Positions 13,691-27,255 of a stretch of 64,000 bases of DNA are shown in pieces; position 1 is the first letter of the stretch; every line of letters begins with the position of its first letter. The DNA is from Bugula neritina. Taxonomy: Eukaryota; Animalia; Bryozoa. Made by a program: the position numbers and the translations under genes. The stretch is from assembly GCA_964035545.1 (NCBI GenBank), contig OZ037766.1, positions 11,398,722-11,462,721 on the forward strand, written 5' to 3'. The notes beneath the pieces are model-generated. The model searched no databases. It was not told the origin of the DNA and saw nothing but the letters and a program-made list of their open reading frames with translations.

Positions 13691-15959
13691 GAACTAGTTT
13701 AGATTACGTGGCTTTACATTTTGTGCAGGTACCGGTTTTCGCCCGCTCTAAAATCATATGGTTTGATTTGTTGCAGTAGCAGCTACTTTATTTTATTAGC
13801 TCGGACCTAGGACTAGATAGTCTGTTTTCTACACTGAACTGGAAATATTGCTTTCTGCCCCAAACAGCTTTTCCATAAAGTGAAGGATCAAATCACTGAG
13901 GTGGAAAAGAACATAATTATTATTGAGTTCATTGGATCAAATACATTAGTTTTGCCCAAGCGTATTCGGTTTTTTGAATAAGCGACGCCGTATAGGTTTA
14001 AAATATAACTAATAAGGCTAGCTAAAAAAACATTTTCTAGGGGTGAAGGTTACATTTTTCTTTTCTGGAAGCCAGAGTGAAATATTAAACTACTACTTAC
14101 GGTTATACCATAACATTTAAGTTTGACCCTTTCCTGGAAGCAAAGGCAAATATCAAGTTCAATGGCAATGGTTTAAGCTTGAAGACATGATGAAAATTTA
14201 ATAATGTTTAATTAAGTTGATGGCTTCCATTTCCAATCGGGTTCCTACACTCACAGCGGCGTCACAGCCAGTGTCACTGTAACACTAACACTAAAAGAGT
14301 AACAGTAACTCAAACTGTTGAACTTCGTTTAACTTTAAGACTGAGAGTTTAAGTTTATTCTTTATTTGTTTAATGGTTGCGCACAGTTACTACCACACTC
14401 ACACTGCGTACCAGTACCACTATCACCATGACTCATGTGCATGGCTAACGCTATTGTAATTGTATCACTATGACATACTGAATACTGATAGTGATACTCA
14501 TAGTCATACTGATACAGTTACTATCACATTCACTGTGACTATCAGTATCAACATAAATAGTGACTAATATCACTTTGAGTATGATTGAATATTAATAAAT
14601 AAATAAAGTGAATCACATTTATTATATCACTAAATTTAATAAGAGAATGTAAGGAGTAAAACTAAATGTTGCGAGTATGAGTTGGAGTATGACTATCACA
14701 GTCGCTCTGGCTATGACAGTATGAGTATCAGTATCACATTGCCATTCAATAAGCATATACTTTAAGCCTAAGACTATGTCTACTGATATATATATATAAA
14801 TTAAAATGATACGTTCGTCATTATCATTATGGTTATGACCATCATAATTAGTATGAATAATAATATTATTGCCAGTACGGTACCACAATGTTTGTATTCT
14901 TCTGCTTATTACCTCGTCCTTGCACTTCAGGCTGTGTATTTAATACCATTTCTATGTTCCTACTCACTCTTCAATACTACAGTTTGCTTACTTTGCTACG
15001 CCCTAAAAGGAACAGTATGTGACTATCTCTATTGTCACTAGACCTAGAGGCTATAGTCTAAACAACCTAGAACAATAACAATGCCATGTGAATAGGGGTT
15101 TGGTCCTGCAAGTTGAAGTGAAAGGAGTGCACCAAACAGTGGTACTTGTACTTGTAGTCAAGGGTTTTGACTTGTAGCACCAGATGTTTTCATACTCATT
15201 ATCATAATGATGAAGTTTATTTTTCTAAATGAAAATTTTGTTTTAACCTTAGAACTTGGGTGGAGTTTGCTAAAAGTTTACTTTAATTTCATGGTGATGG
15301 TCATTAGGATTATAATTATACTTGTAATTATTTAATATGCAAAATAATTATGTTATTTGTAATACTATTAATGGACATTTTATTACCACGCACTTATGCT
15401 AGCTCCTATTTTCAAGACTGAGACTCTTAGCCCCTGACACTCAATAAATGTTACAATTAGTAACTTTTTAATTTTACTAATAATTACTCAATTAATTGTA
15501 AAAGTAAAAAATATCATCAGCAATTTACCAATTTTCTATGTGAATATGGTTAATAAATATTAATCTTAGTGTTACTTAAACCTGCCAGCTTTCACTTCAA
15601 AACTAAAAGTTATAAATTCAGCATATACACAAATTCTAGATGTAGACTAAAATTAATCACTCCATTTATTTTCGGATATTGCTATTTGTTTTTTGTGCAA
15701 AAATCTAGCAAGTTTCAGCAAATTATTAAATTGATAAACTCAAGCAATGCAAAAATATTGTGATTATTATTTGTAATCTTCATAGTGGATAACTTTGGTG
15801 ACTCTCTGCATACGTTTCCTCTCAATTTAAGCTTGTGATAATTATTATTTTAAATCTGATATTTATAGCCCTTAGATACCTGTGGCAGTTGTTGGAGATC
15901 TTCCATGAGGAGTTATCTCAGTTTTACTAAACATGCATAACAACAACACAAACTTACCA

Positions 15960-18900
15960 ATGCGAAATGTATTGCTGATGGTTGGCACAATGGTCTTAAT
16001 GGTCAGTATTGTAATTCTTTGAATAAATAAACTTTTAATCTGAATTATTGTCAACCAATAATTATTTTGTCATTAATTTTGTTTTGGTAATACGTTTTGT
16101 TTTTCTGTTATTGAATATAAGCTGTGTTATGGGAAGTACTCTCACTCATTATAAAATACAAAAACCAAACTATGGTGCAACTTCAAAGATGCTCCTTTTT
16201 AAAAGCTGTTTTATTTTTTATAATGAAATATAATTTACAACTTACAAGGTAAGTCTTTTCACATTGCTTGCATAGATCTTCTGTTGTTTTTTAAAATATG
16301 CAAACTGTCAATTTACTGTCATAGTGATATGTAGAAATTACACAGACTAACTTCAACAACAGTAACACTAACTTACCCAGAATCTTGTATTAAACATTAG
16401 CATTTATATGAAAATTAAATATTTTCATAAGATTGTGTGTAACCAATAGTGTTATTCATTTTAACATTTGTGTTCTATTTTGAAATACGAATGAGTATAA
16501 TACATATTCTGAGTTTTGAAATAATTAACTGATTGCTTGTTTAGTTTGCATTTCTACACGTTGGTGAATGTGCAAAAAAGCAGAAGGAGTTTGTGGAAAA
16601 AGTATATGATGTAAAAGACTTTAAGAAATTACTTCGGACTAGGAAAAATGTTTTAGTTGTCTTTATGAAAACAGGTATGCAAATTTATAGCATTCAATGC
16701 CCATAAATTTCAGATTTTTTAGTATAATAATTTCAAATTTCTACCCCACTTTGTCGCAATTTCTATTACACTTGCAGAGTAAGTTTTTAAATGTATTAAA
16801 GCTAGCAATAAGTATCAATGGTTACAGCAAGAGCTGGAACTAACACCTATGATGAGTTTAACAATGCTGCCAAAGAGATGAAAGGGAAAGCAACTATCTG
16901 TTCTGTTGATTGTGGGTTAGTATTTTCTATTTGTTTGCATCCATCTTCAGTAAAGATATTAAGCACCTGTTTTAGTTGCTATCTTTAATGGCCATCTATA
17001 TGAATGAAAACTGTGCTCAATAATTGGACGAAGGAATTGAGTATTTTCTCAATAAACTTGGTTTCTTGCCTGTCTCTGTTTTTCTTGCTTCCACTAAATT
17101 ATGCTGCAGAATTATGTTTTTAATATCTGTTTTAATTTGTTTATTTTCACTTCAAGAAGCGGTTTACAGATTTCATTCTCTAGCTAGTTAATGTAACTTT
17201 TTAAATGCTTACTTTTGCATCTCGCATAGAAAAATTGACAGATTTATAAAAAGGAAAATCATACAACTACAAAAGCATTACTAAATACTTTAAAATGATA
17301 TTATTGGAATTTTTGCTTTATTTGTTCTCAAAAGTCAGATTAAAGATTTCTTCTTGTCTAAAATTTTCACAATGAGAGACGGGAGTATGGACTTTATTGC
17401 TGGCCTACTCAGTAAAAAATTGTGAATGTGATTTATTGTGAATGTTTAGTTATTACACTGACGTTTGTTAATTTTCATAAACTTGAAGGAGTTGTAGATG
17501 AAATCTCTTGTTACAGGGAAGCTTCAAAGTTATGTAAGAAAATGAAAATCTCACCCAGCCCTCTCATAGTTCAGCACTATCAGTAAGTATGCTTATATCA
17601 CTATTAGTATGTATGCTTATATCACTATCAGTATATATGCTTATATCACTATCAGTATGTATGCTTATATCACTATCAGTATGTATGCTTATATCACTAT
17701 CAGTATGTATGCTTATATCACTATTAGTATGTATGCTTATATCACTATCAGTATATATGCTTATATCACTATCAGTATGTATGCTTATATCACTATCAGT
17801 GTGTATGCTTATATCACTATCAGTGTGTATGCTTTTATCACTATCAGTATATATGCTTATATCACTATCAGTGTGTATAGTATGTTTATATTGTGCCCTG
17901 CTTGGAAATGAATTTGTTTATCATACTAAAGATTCACCTGTTGAGAGATCTTCTGCCACTTTTATATCGTCAGCTGTATGTTTGTAGAGATTCAGAGTTC
18001 AATAAGGTATATGACAGACCATTGGTAACCAAATCTATAGTATCCTTCTTGGAGGATCCAACTGGTGATATTCCATGGGAGGAAGAAGCATCTGCCAAGG
18101 ATGTCATTCACGTAGCAACACTAGAGGTGAACAATTATGTAATAACAGACTGACTGTAAATTGTACTTCATAGTGTTTACCTATATTAGATACATTGGGT
18201 TCAAATTGATATTTAATAAAATTACTCATTTATAATCATAATCAATTTTGATTTTCCAATGTAGGAAAAAAATTCTTTGCACAGGTGGTTTTAATAGTGT
18301 AAAATTTTCTTGAAATAAATGCTTTTTTGACTATTTTATTTTTACTTTTCATTTTAAATTGCTGAATTAAGAAATACATCTTCCGACTGAACCTATTTTT
18401 ATCTACATCTTCACAACTTGGTCGAATGTTTAATATTATTTTAGAAAATAAATCAATGTTGGTAAAGGCATGCATTTGTAAAAGTCTCAGAAAACAGAAC
18501 ATAGTACACAGGTTAAAATTGGTAGACAATGTATTGATGTTGTGTTGTATATTGTAAAGGGGTTAGAAAAGCTTATGTTCAAGTCTAAGAAGCCTGTACT
18601 AGCCATGTTCTATGCCCCGTGGTGTGGTCATTGCAAGAGATTGAAACCAGAGTTTGCTGCAGCTGCTACTGAGACAAAAGCAACTGTTGTGAGTCTTTTT
18701 TCTGTCAAATATTCTATGTAAAGTAGTCAGTTTTATACTAAACTATGTACATGCGTGTACATCAACGTGTATGTATGTAAGTGTGTGTGTGTGTGTGTGG
18801 TGTGTGCGCGCGTGCGTGGGTACATGTACAGTATGAAAGGCAAATGATCTTTTTGTGGTCTATTTTCACTTGAGTGGTGTTTTATAATAGCTATGAAAAG

Positions 18901-21900
18901 ATGTTGAGAATAATAAAACAATAGGTTTTACCTTATCGTGTACTGTTATTGATAAAATATGAATAGCTAACATAAAAAGAAAACAAAATTTAATAGAATA
19001 TAAATGAACACTGCTAAAAGCCAGTTTAATGCAATACTATTAATTACTAGACATAAAAACAGTTTGATTCATAAAGTTCGAAGAAACTGAAATCCAAAAC
19101 TGATAAATTTGTTAATTCAAAAACTGTGGAAAATGAATTTCAGTGTTTTATAGGCTTTGTGAAATTTCAAAATAAGACTTGTTTGTAAAAACTTGCTGTG
19201 ATATAGTTGATAAAGAATCACCGAAAGACTATTAATGCAAAGGATGGGATAAAAGTTTTGACTAGCCGCTTTTACTGCTTCATGTGTTGAAACTGTCACA
19301 GGTTTTTAATCATGGTGGCTCTGTCTTGTAGACACTGGCCGGTGTGAATGCTGACAAACCTGCCTTAGCACCAGCTCGACAGCATCTTAATATCACCGGT
19401 TATCCTACTCTTTATTATTTCAGGTACAGTAGTCTCTTTCTGCTATAATTGTAAACTTATGGGATGTTTTACCGGGTAACTTTTTGTATTGTAGCTTTCA
19501 ATCGGTTTTATAGTCATTCCCTACGTGTTGATGAGACAATGTATTGGTGGTTTTGCTGATAATTCTGTATTTTAAAATCTGCTGTGTTGAAGGTTTTAAA
19601 TTCAGCATTTTGTAATGTTTTAAAGTGTGTTTGTTACAGTGGGGGACAACTTCGATATAAGTATGGTGGAGAATATAACAAGGCAAGCATCCTTAGCTGG
19701 TTGGCAAAGTAAGTTGTTAGAGTCAGTTTTTACTCAGGTGTCACAAGTTCTGTTTGTATGTCTAAAAGTAATATGGAGCCACTAGTTTCTGAATAACTAT
19801 ATGCTTTAAGTTGTCAGACTTTTACTCTAGCTAAATCTTGCATAGTTTTCTAAAAAAATTTTGGTTCGTTATTTGTATTTATAAGTCTTCAAACCAAATA
19901 GAAATTAGTCTATAAATAACAAAGTTAAATTATGTAAGTCACATTATTCAGTAGAGTTTATTGTCATCAAATTCTGCTTAATAAAAGCAAAATTATATCA
20001 GAAAACTGTGCTATGCTTTGCCCTAAGTGTGCATTTTTAGTACTTGTATGTTTCCAAGTATACCTATTTTATACTGACGAATGTTTACTCTGTGCTGCTT
20101 TTACATAAAATACCAAAACTGTCGAAAAGTTTGGATATGGGAGTAAAATTTCTCATATTACAATATTACCAACATACTTTTAGAACAAAAGTATCTGGCC
20201 ACACTGTCAACCCAATAGACTCATTGAAATGTTATTGCATAAGAGCTAATAACATCTAACAACTATCAACAGCTGTTACTTCATTGTCACTTTATGTGCT
20301 ACGATACACAAATAACACAGCAGCAGTGTTTGTGAGGGTGATGGTATATAATAGCTGGCTTGAAGTGACACTGTCACCTAAACTACGAGTCTCAGGTGTA
20401 TTTTATGCATAACAACCTGCTGTGAGGCCAATTGACTTTCTTCATTGTAGATTGCAAAGTTGGTATGATTTTGTACATGGGGTTTTAATTAAAATTTCTA
20501 TCAATAAATGTTTTGGGAATTTTTTAGCCGATCAACGTAATATGTTTTTCAATTGGTTTATCTTTTTAATTCCTTTAAAACATATAAATTTTCTGCTGAT
20601 TTTCAAAAAGAGCACAACTCTAACATAAAAATATTGTCAACAACTTCAGACACAACATATTGAAATATGTCTCTAATACTTTCATGTTTCCTAAAATATT
20701 ATGTCATTGTAAAGAAATATGGCTATTTTAGGACTATTTTTAAATAATTTTAAATACTTATAAAATGTTGAACTTTTTTTACAGTAACAATAATTATTTG
20801 GTGAAAAATAGGTTAATTACCAATTGTAACATTTTTCAAAATGAACAAAAAATTGTCCTAAAGATGCTAGCATTATTTACCTTTCAGTTTTTAAACCCAA
20901 GCCATGCCTTGATGCAAGCACTGGTACAGTAGCAGAGAAATTTCAATAGCTCAATTTCTTCAATTTTCGTAGTACATTTTTTGCTTGAGATCAGTTTAAA
21001 ATTCTTGAAAGAGCATTTTTAATCCAGAACACAGGCTTTTCATAATTTTTCCATTATGTTACACCTGCCTGATATTGGCTGCATAAGGCGAGAGTACTTG
21101 AATGGTATTTTAAATGCCATTACTATAAGAACTGAACTTTATGGTGTGTAAAACTACACTATATTCTATTCATATAAATGTTTACTTTGTGAGAGTACAT
21201 TGCTGTTACCTCAAATTTTAGTCCTTCTGCCCCTAAAGAACCGGAGAAAGAAGAATCTTGGTCAGAAAAAGAAACCGATGTTCACCATTTAACAGACAAC
21301 ACCTTTGATGAGTTTCTGGCAGCCAATCCATCTGTTCTGGTCATGTTTTATGCTCCATGTACGAACTTACCTTATTCTTGTCTTATGTTCTACTTCAATG
21401 TACAGACCTATGATCTGCTCAGCACAGACTAAATACAGTGCTAGTCAAGTACCTCTCACATTACATTTAGATTATAGTTATAGTTTAAGTTATCATTGAT
21501 GTTTTAATATACTTGGTTTAAGTCTCTTGCAGCTTCATGTTAATGCTGTTTTCAGGGTGTGGTCATTGTAAAGCCATGAAACCTGATTATGAAGAAGTTG
21601 CTACTGCTTTAAAAACTGATGAGGTAAGGTGGCTTCTAGCTATGTATAATTCTACATTATGTGTATATGTTGGAATATAGTTTTATTTCCACCTATTGCT
21701 ATTGTGAATTTAAATTTTAGTTGGAAGGTAAACTGGCTGCGGTAGATGCTACAGAGAATCGTAAACTAGCTGGAAGATTTAGTGTTGAAGGTTTTCCTAC
21801 AGTTTTTTATTTTCAGTAAGTTTTTATTTTTGCTGGGTTGGCTATGTAAACAGCTTGCGATTGTGTTACTCTATTATATTGTTAATTGAGAATATTTTTC

Positions 21901-24900
21901 TTTAATGTAACCTTAAACAATTCTATTCAACAACAAACCAACTTACGAGTTTATATCATATATGTTAGCCCTCGTAGCTCTATTCATACCTCTCTTGCCA
22001 GCCATCCTGATATCTTATCTTTTCAACTACAAATATTTGTCAAAAGGAGCATTTAAATATTTCTGTAGAAAATACTAGACATGTGAAACTGTTAATCTTT
22101 AGAAATGGTGAGAAACTATGGAAAATTAATGAAAGGACTAAAGACAAACTTTTAGCATTTATGAAAAATCCTGAAGAGCCGCCAGCACCACCTGCTCCGG
22201 AGGTTTCATGGTCTGAGGTTGAGAGCGAGGTGGTGCATTTAACAGCTGCAACTTTTCAATCTACTCTGAAGAAACGGAAACATGCTCTGGTTATGTTCTA
22301 CGCCCCATGTAAGTGGCTCCATCTAGCAGCTGTTGTTAGACCAAAGCTGTTAAACTAGATTTCATGAACTTAGGCTCACACTAGTTCCCAATTATGCACT
22401 ATTGTCTACATCTGTTGCTTCCTGAGTACTTTTAAATTATATTATAGATCAATATTATATGTATATGTGTTGTATGTATTTGCATGTTATCATGCCCTGT
22501 GTACCTTAGCAGATATATATGTTTTATAGGGTGTGGTCACTGTAAAAAGGCCAAGCCTCATTTTACTGAAGCCGCTTCCAAGTTTGCTGGTGATTCGAAG
22601 GTGAATATTTCCTTTCTAATGTTACAGTAGGCGCCACATGAAAAGTATAATATATTGCTGCTCATAACTTGGTGTCTTCAACTTTGTTAGATTGATATAT
22701 ATAATGAGTATCACATAATAACCGTGACACACTGGTGTTTATTTTACTACTTGAATTATCAGCAACTGCACTACAGTTATTACAGTGGTCGAGGCGTTTT
22801 TTTAGGGTTCTAATAACTCTAGGTTTCTTTCTAGAAAACTATGGCCGCAATCGATTGTACGGAACACGCTAGTGTATGCTCCAAGTACAGCGTGTCTGGA
22901 TATCCCACATTCATGTATTTTAACTATGGGAAAAATGAGAAACCTTATTCTGGAGGTAGAGAGGTGAGTTGAAGGCGATTTTCTTACCATTTAGAACTCT
23001 TTATTGTTATCGGAAAGCTTGCAATTCATTAAATCTGTTTTGTGAACTGTGTAATAAAAAGAGACATTAATACAAAGCGCTGACAATTCAGACTTGACTA
23101 TAGCATTTGAGCTATTAATACTGTGTTTTATCTTAATTAGCAGTATTCTACGTATTGTAATACTTCTACATTCCGTTTTACTAAATAGTGTAATAGATTT
23201 ATCATTTATTTTGATTGTATAATAAGTTATGTTACTCCGAAGCTAATGTATGTAGGAAGCGGATTTTGTGAGTTTTATGGAAGACCCAGAGAATCCCCAA
23301 ACGAGGTCATCCAAGCCTGCAGTTACAGATATGTGGGCCGGTGTCGAAGGCGTTGAAAATGTCGTCAAACTAACTGAGGCTAACTTCACAGAAGTCATCA
23401 GCTCCAACCCTTCAGTCCTTGTTATGTTTTATGCTCCTTGTAAGTCGCCTTGTGTTCGTGTTTTCTATCTTTCATATAAGATTTTAGGTAATAATGAAAA
23501 AAATAAGTAGAAATGGCACACTGATCTTAAATTTTCCCAAATCCAAATCCCAATATTGGAAATGTGCCATTTTACCTACTTTTTCTATTTGTGCCATTGT
23601 TGCTGTGCCTTTTTACCATGTGTTCATATTTTCTATCTTTCATATAGCATGTTTACAATATGTCTGATAATAAAATTATCAGTGTTGGCAATTAATGCTG
23701 ACAACTAGAAGACATTAGGCTCAATTCATCACTCTTTTGTCTATGAGCTGCAAGGGTTACTGTGTAAATGTTGTTATTGTAATTTGAAGGTGTAAAAAAC
23801 ACATGCGACCTTGATAAAAAATGCAAATATTTTATATCTTGATATGTTTTAATTCCATTGATGTCAACAGATTATTATAGACTTTGTTTATCTGACTACC
23901 TTTATTTCTATTTTCACATCAGGGTGTGGACACTGCAAGAACATGAAACCTGATTATGCTGCAGCAGCATCTGAGCTCAAGGCCGAAGGGGTGAGTGTCT
24001 GGACATGTCTGTAAGGTTCCTTTGGCAATAATTTGTTTGTCTCTTAGCTATGCCAGCAAGGTTCAATAAAAGTTGATATATCAAAATAAGAGTTGATAGA
24101 AGTTAGTATAAGAGTTGATATATCAATATAAGAGTTGATATATCAATATAAGAGTTGATATATCAATATAAGAGTTGATATATCAATATAAGAGTTGATA
24201 TATCAATATAAGAGTTGGTATATCAATATAAGAGTTGATATATCAATATAAGAGTTGATAAAAGTTAAAATGATTTTTTTAATAAAAGCATGGGTAATTT
24301 GTTTTTCATACAGCTGCACTTTGAATTTTATTACACTTGACAATGTGGAATTGTGTGCTACTTTGACTTCTAGAGTTATTTGAACTCCCTGTCTTGAGTT
24401 TAGGTAAGATGTAGGCTCTGGTATCAACAGACTCAGTTCTATTGTATTTTATACTGTATGTTGCTTGACTGTAGAATGAATAAAGTTGCTAAGCTAAGGT
24501 ATTGGTATGGTGGCACTCCACAGTTTTGTCTTGAAGTTTGAACATCCACCTTTGTCATTCCACTACTCACTGCTTTCCGTAGGAAACCACATTGTACTCC
24601 TTTCTTCTCACACACAAGTCTTACATACATGGACCACACACCACAATATTCATATTTTATGTTAAGCTGAGTCAGTCTGATTCACCATTGAACTTTCTGA
24701 ATAATGAGAAGACAACTTCTTAGTATAATTGAAACAGTCTGCGATAATTCAAATCTTCTGCTATCTAGCAGTTTTGGTCTAATTGAAAAGCTCTAATTAT
24801 AGCCAGCATAGTGTTTGTATGCTGTTGAACTTAGATATGAATGAATGTAATAAATGTCCAAAGAAATTATCACTAAGGTAGTATTTAAAACGTAATGTGT

Positions 24901-27255
24901 TTGGGATCCTTTTTTCTTGTATCATTTAACAGTTTGTAATACACATATCAAATCATCATGCTTTTTGATATGGAAAATGCTTGATGGGAAGAGACTTTTG
25001 ATAGCAATTCTACTACCTAGCTTTGCTTGTTTTATCTGCAGATCACTGGCATACTAGCTGCTGTAGATTCTACTGTGGAATCATCCATTTCTACTCAATA
25101 TGGAGTCAAAGGATTCCCAACTTTAAAATATTTCAAGTGAGTTTAGTTGATTAATATCTTTATATAGGCAAATCTATGCCACTTATTCTTGATTACCCAG
25201 AGAAACTATAATTTGTATTCCATCAGTTTATCTTAAATTTAAGTTTTACTTTTATTATCAGTATATGTTTCCTAGAGCAATATGTATATTTGCTAGGTTT
25301 AGTGATATTTGGGCAAATGGTGCTTTGTGGTGCAGGCTGTATTTTTCATCAAATTTTATTTTGCTAGATTTTTAAAAAAGAAATTATGTAATTTTAAAAT
25401 TTTTGCTGTTATGCTTTTTGTGTGTGTGGATATTTTTCTTTGGGCTGAAATGCTGTTATTATCCAATTCTCTTATTTGCTCGACTAATTTTTATAAAGAT
25501 ATTGATATTAATATGCATTTTGGAGTCACAAACATGAATTATAATTGGCAGGTATAATAATGTAACTGTGTTCATAGGAGGAAGCATTATAAGTAGAGGC
25601 TTTGAAATCAACCATTTTTAACTAACAGTTCCGCTATTGGTTGCAATAACAAACATTTGTATACTTCAGTTTTTTCAACTTTATAATTTTAACTCCCGTG
25701 AGATTTTTTGTGAGTTTCTATGGTTTCAAGTATGGCATATTGTAGTAATTTTTCAAACACACAAATTTTTGCTGGAGATAGAATTAGGACTTGTAAAAGT
25801 GCCTTTGATGTTGCTCTTATCTCTCAACTCCTGTGCTTTAGTAATTAACTAATTTTGCCAGCATAATTTAAATTTATGCGATAATGTTACAACTTACCTG
25901 GTGTTGTGTTTGCTTTAAGAGATGGAAAGTTTCTGTTTGACTACAATCAAAGGAGTCAAGCTGCACTGGTGAAGTTAATGAAGCATTCCACATTACAAAC
26001 TAAACCTAAAAAGGACTGGGCTTCTATTCAAAATTCGTCGAATGTTCATCACCTTACAAAAGATTCTTTTTCAGATTTTATTACTGAAAACCCATCTGTC
26101 TTAGTCATGTTCTACTCTCCAGGTAAGATGTGTTGATGTAATTGTCATAAATATTTCAATCCTGAATTGGGAGCTTACTCAATAGTATTTGCAAAAATAT
26201 TTAAAATATTATTTCGTTTTGTGAGGTTAGGTTTTATACTTCATCTATGCTGGTTGCAGGGTGTGTCCACTGTGAAAGCATGAAGCCAGCGTATGCTGAG
26301 GTAGCAACCATGACGAAAACCGAAGAGTTGGAAGGAAAACTTGCCACTATAGATTGCTCCCAAGATGACATATGTGATGAGCTTGAAGTTGGGATGTTAC
26401 CTACTTGTTAGTGACTTCATTGTTTGCAAAATAAAATTTGTTTATGGACGTTTGAACAGAAACTTGAAACAAATTCATTGCATATCTCCTGGAAAATGTT
26501 TATCTGCCATAGTTATATTTTCAATTTCGAAATTTACATTATTAGCTTGTGGTTCACCATTGCTTTTAGAGTTTTCTTCTAAATTCAACTAAACTTTATT
26601 CACCTGTTTTTAGTGAAATACTTTCACAATGGAATAGATGTGATGAAGTATACAGGTGGCAGGGATACAGATTCTCTAATAGACTTCATTAGAAGGTGTG
26701 CCTTTTATTTACAGTCAAGTTACCAATTTAAAAATTGATGAAATTGGATTTTAAATCATCAGCTAAATGTATTTACACTAGCCTTGCAATTTTCCCCAAT
26801 ATGTCCTACAGGTCAAAGATTTCAGTCAAATATTATACTGCATACTTGTTTTATTTTTAAGCATTTGTATCCCGAGACGTATCTACTTTTGAACACAAAT
26901 TGAATAAATATTCCTCCAAATAGTTTTGATTGAATGCTCAGTTGTTAAGCCCAAGTTCAAGATTACGTTGTATAGCAGAAATATTGTGAAATCATATCAG
27001 CATGGTTGACGATGTTTTGTAGCTAACTGCTTAACTAAAATATTTTTCAATTAGACGTATACTTTCAGAATAGCTCAAGTTCTTATCAAAACACAAGCAA
27101 CACTTGGAAATAGCTCAATGTGCTAATTATGGTGCATTTAATATATGAATATGCTCTTTGTGTTGCACAGCCCTCTTGATTATCTCGAGTATATGACTGG
27201 AAGCTCAAAGTTACCTGAAGCTGCAGAGCCTAAAAAGGGAAAGGAAGAGTTGTAG
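15960..27255 (+). CDS. PDIA5: Protein disulfide-isomerase A5 (PDIR) orthologue with N-terminal b domain and five thioredoxin a domains; 21 coding exons, ~774 aa, C-terminal KEEL
   Basis: Exons 15960-16001, 16545-16674, 16828-16915, 17517-17582, 17988-18126, 18560-18688, 19332-19423, 19640-19708, 21222-21358, 21556-21623, 21721-21815, 22103-22308, 22530-22600, 22835-22963, 23256-23439, 23923-23990, 25042-25136, 25920-26122, 26260-26406, 26614-26695, 27171-27255 (sum 2325 nt, in frame). Signal peptide [24 protein letters not shown]; PDIA5-type [15 protein letters not shown] and [11 protein letters not shown]; four FYAPWCGHC motifs plus FYSPGCVHC; ends KGKEEL*. Confidence 0.93.
17575..17880. repeat. 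24-bp minisatellite (CACTATCAGTATGTATGCTTATAT)n, ~12 copies, beginning at the PDIA5 exon 4 donor
   Basis: Directly visible tandem units. Confidence 0.95.
23451..23648. repeat. Small inverted-repeat element flanked by ~28-bp direct repeats in a PDIA5 intron
   Basis: TGTGTTC(G/A)T(G/A)TTTTCTATCTTTCATATA occurs at 23451 and ~23620, enclosing the inverted pair AAGTAG..AAATGGCACA / TGTGCCATTTT..CTACTT. Confidence 0.55.
24070..24262. repeat. 20-bp minisatellite (AGAGTTGATATATCAATATA)n, ~9 copies
   Basis: Visible tandem units, most containing the perfect palindrome TTGATATATCAA. Confidence 0.95.

Noticed and set aside
13250-15960. ERSE (CCAAT-N9-CCACG) upstream of PDIA5 or ERLEC1
   Set aside because: Only isolated ACGTGG or CCAAT words were seen, not a correctly spaced element
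16172-16248. ATG plus strong donor AAG|GTAAGT as PDIA5 exon 1
   Set aside because: It ends in phase 2 while exon 2 needs phase 0. The 42-nt exon at 15960-16001 fits the phase and completes a signal peptide.
16771-16784. cttgcag-A-gtaagt, resembling a recursive splice site or 1-nt microexon in PDIA5 intron 2
   Set aside because: The flanking exons already join in frame; including one nucleotide would frameshift, and it is not a true AG|GT junction
17589-17987. ORFs MLISLSVC.. / MYAYITIS..
   Set aside because: Products of the 24-bp intronic minisatellite
24070-24262. CRISPR-like array (palindromic repeats; also 30606-30743)
   Set aside because: No unique spacers, eukaryotic intron context and no cas genes
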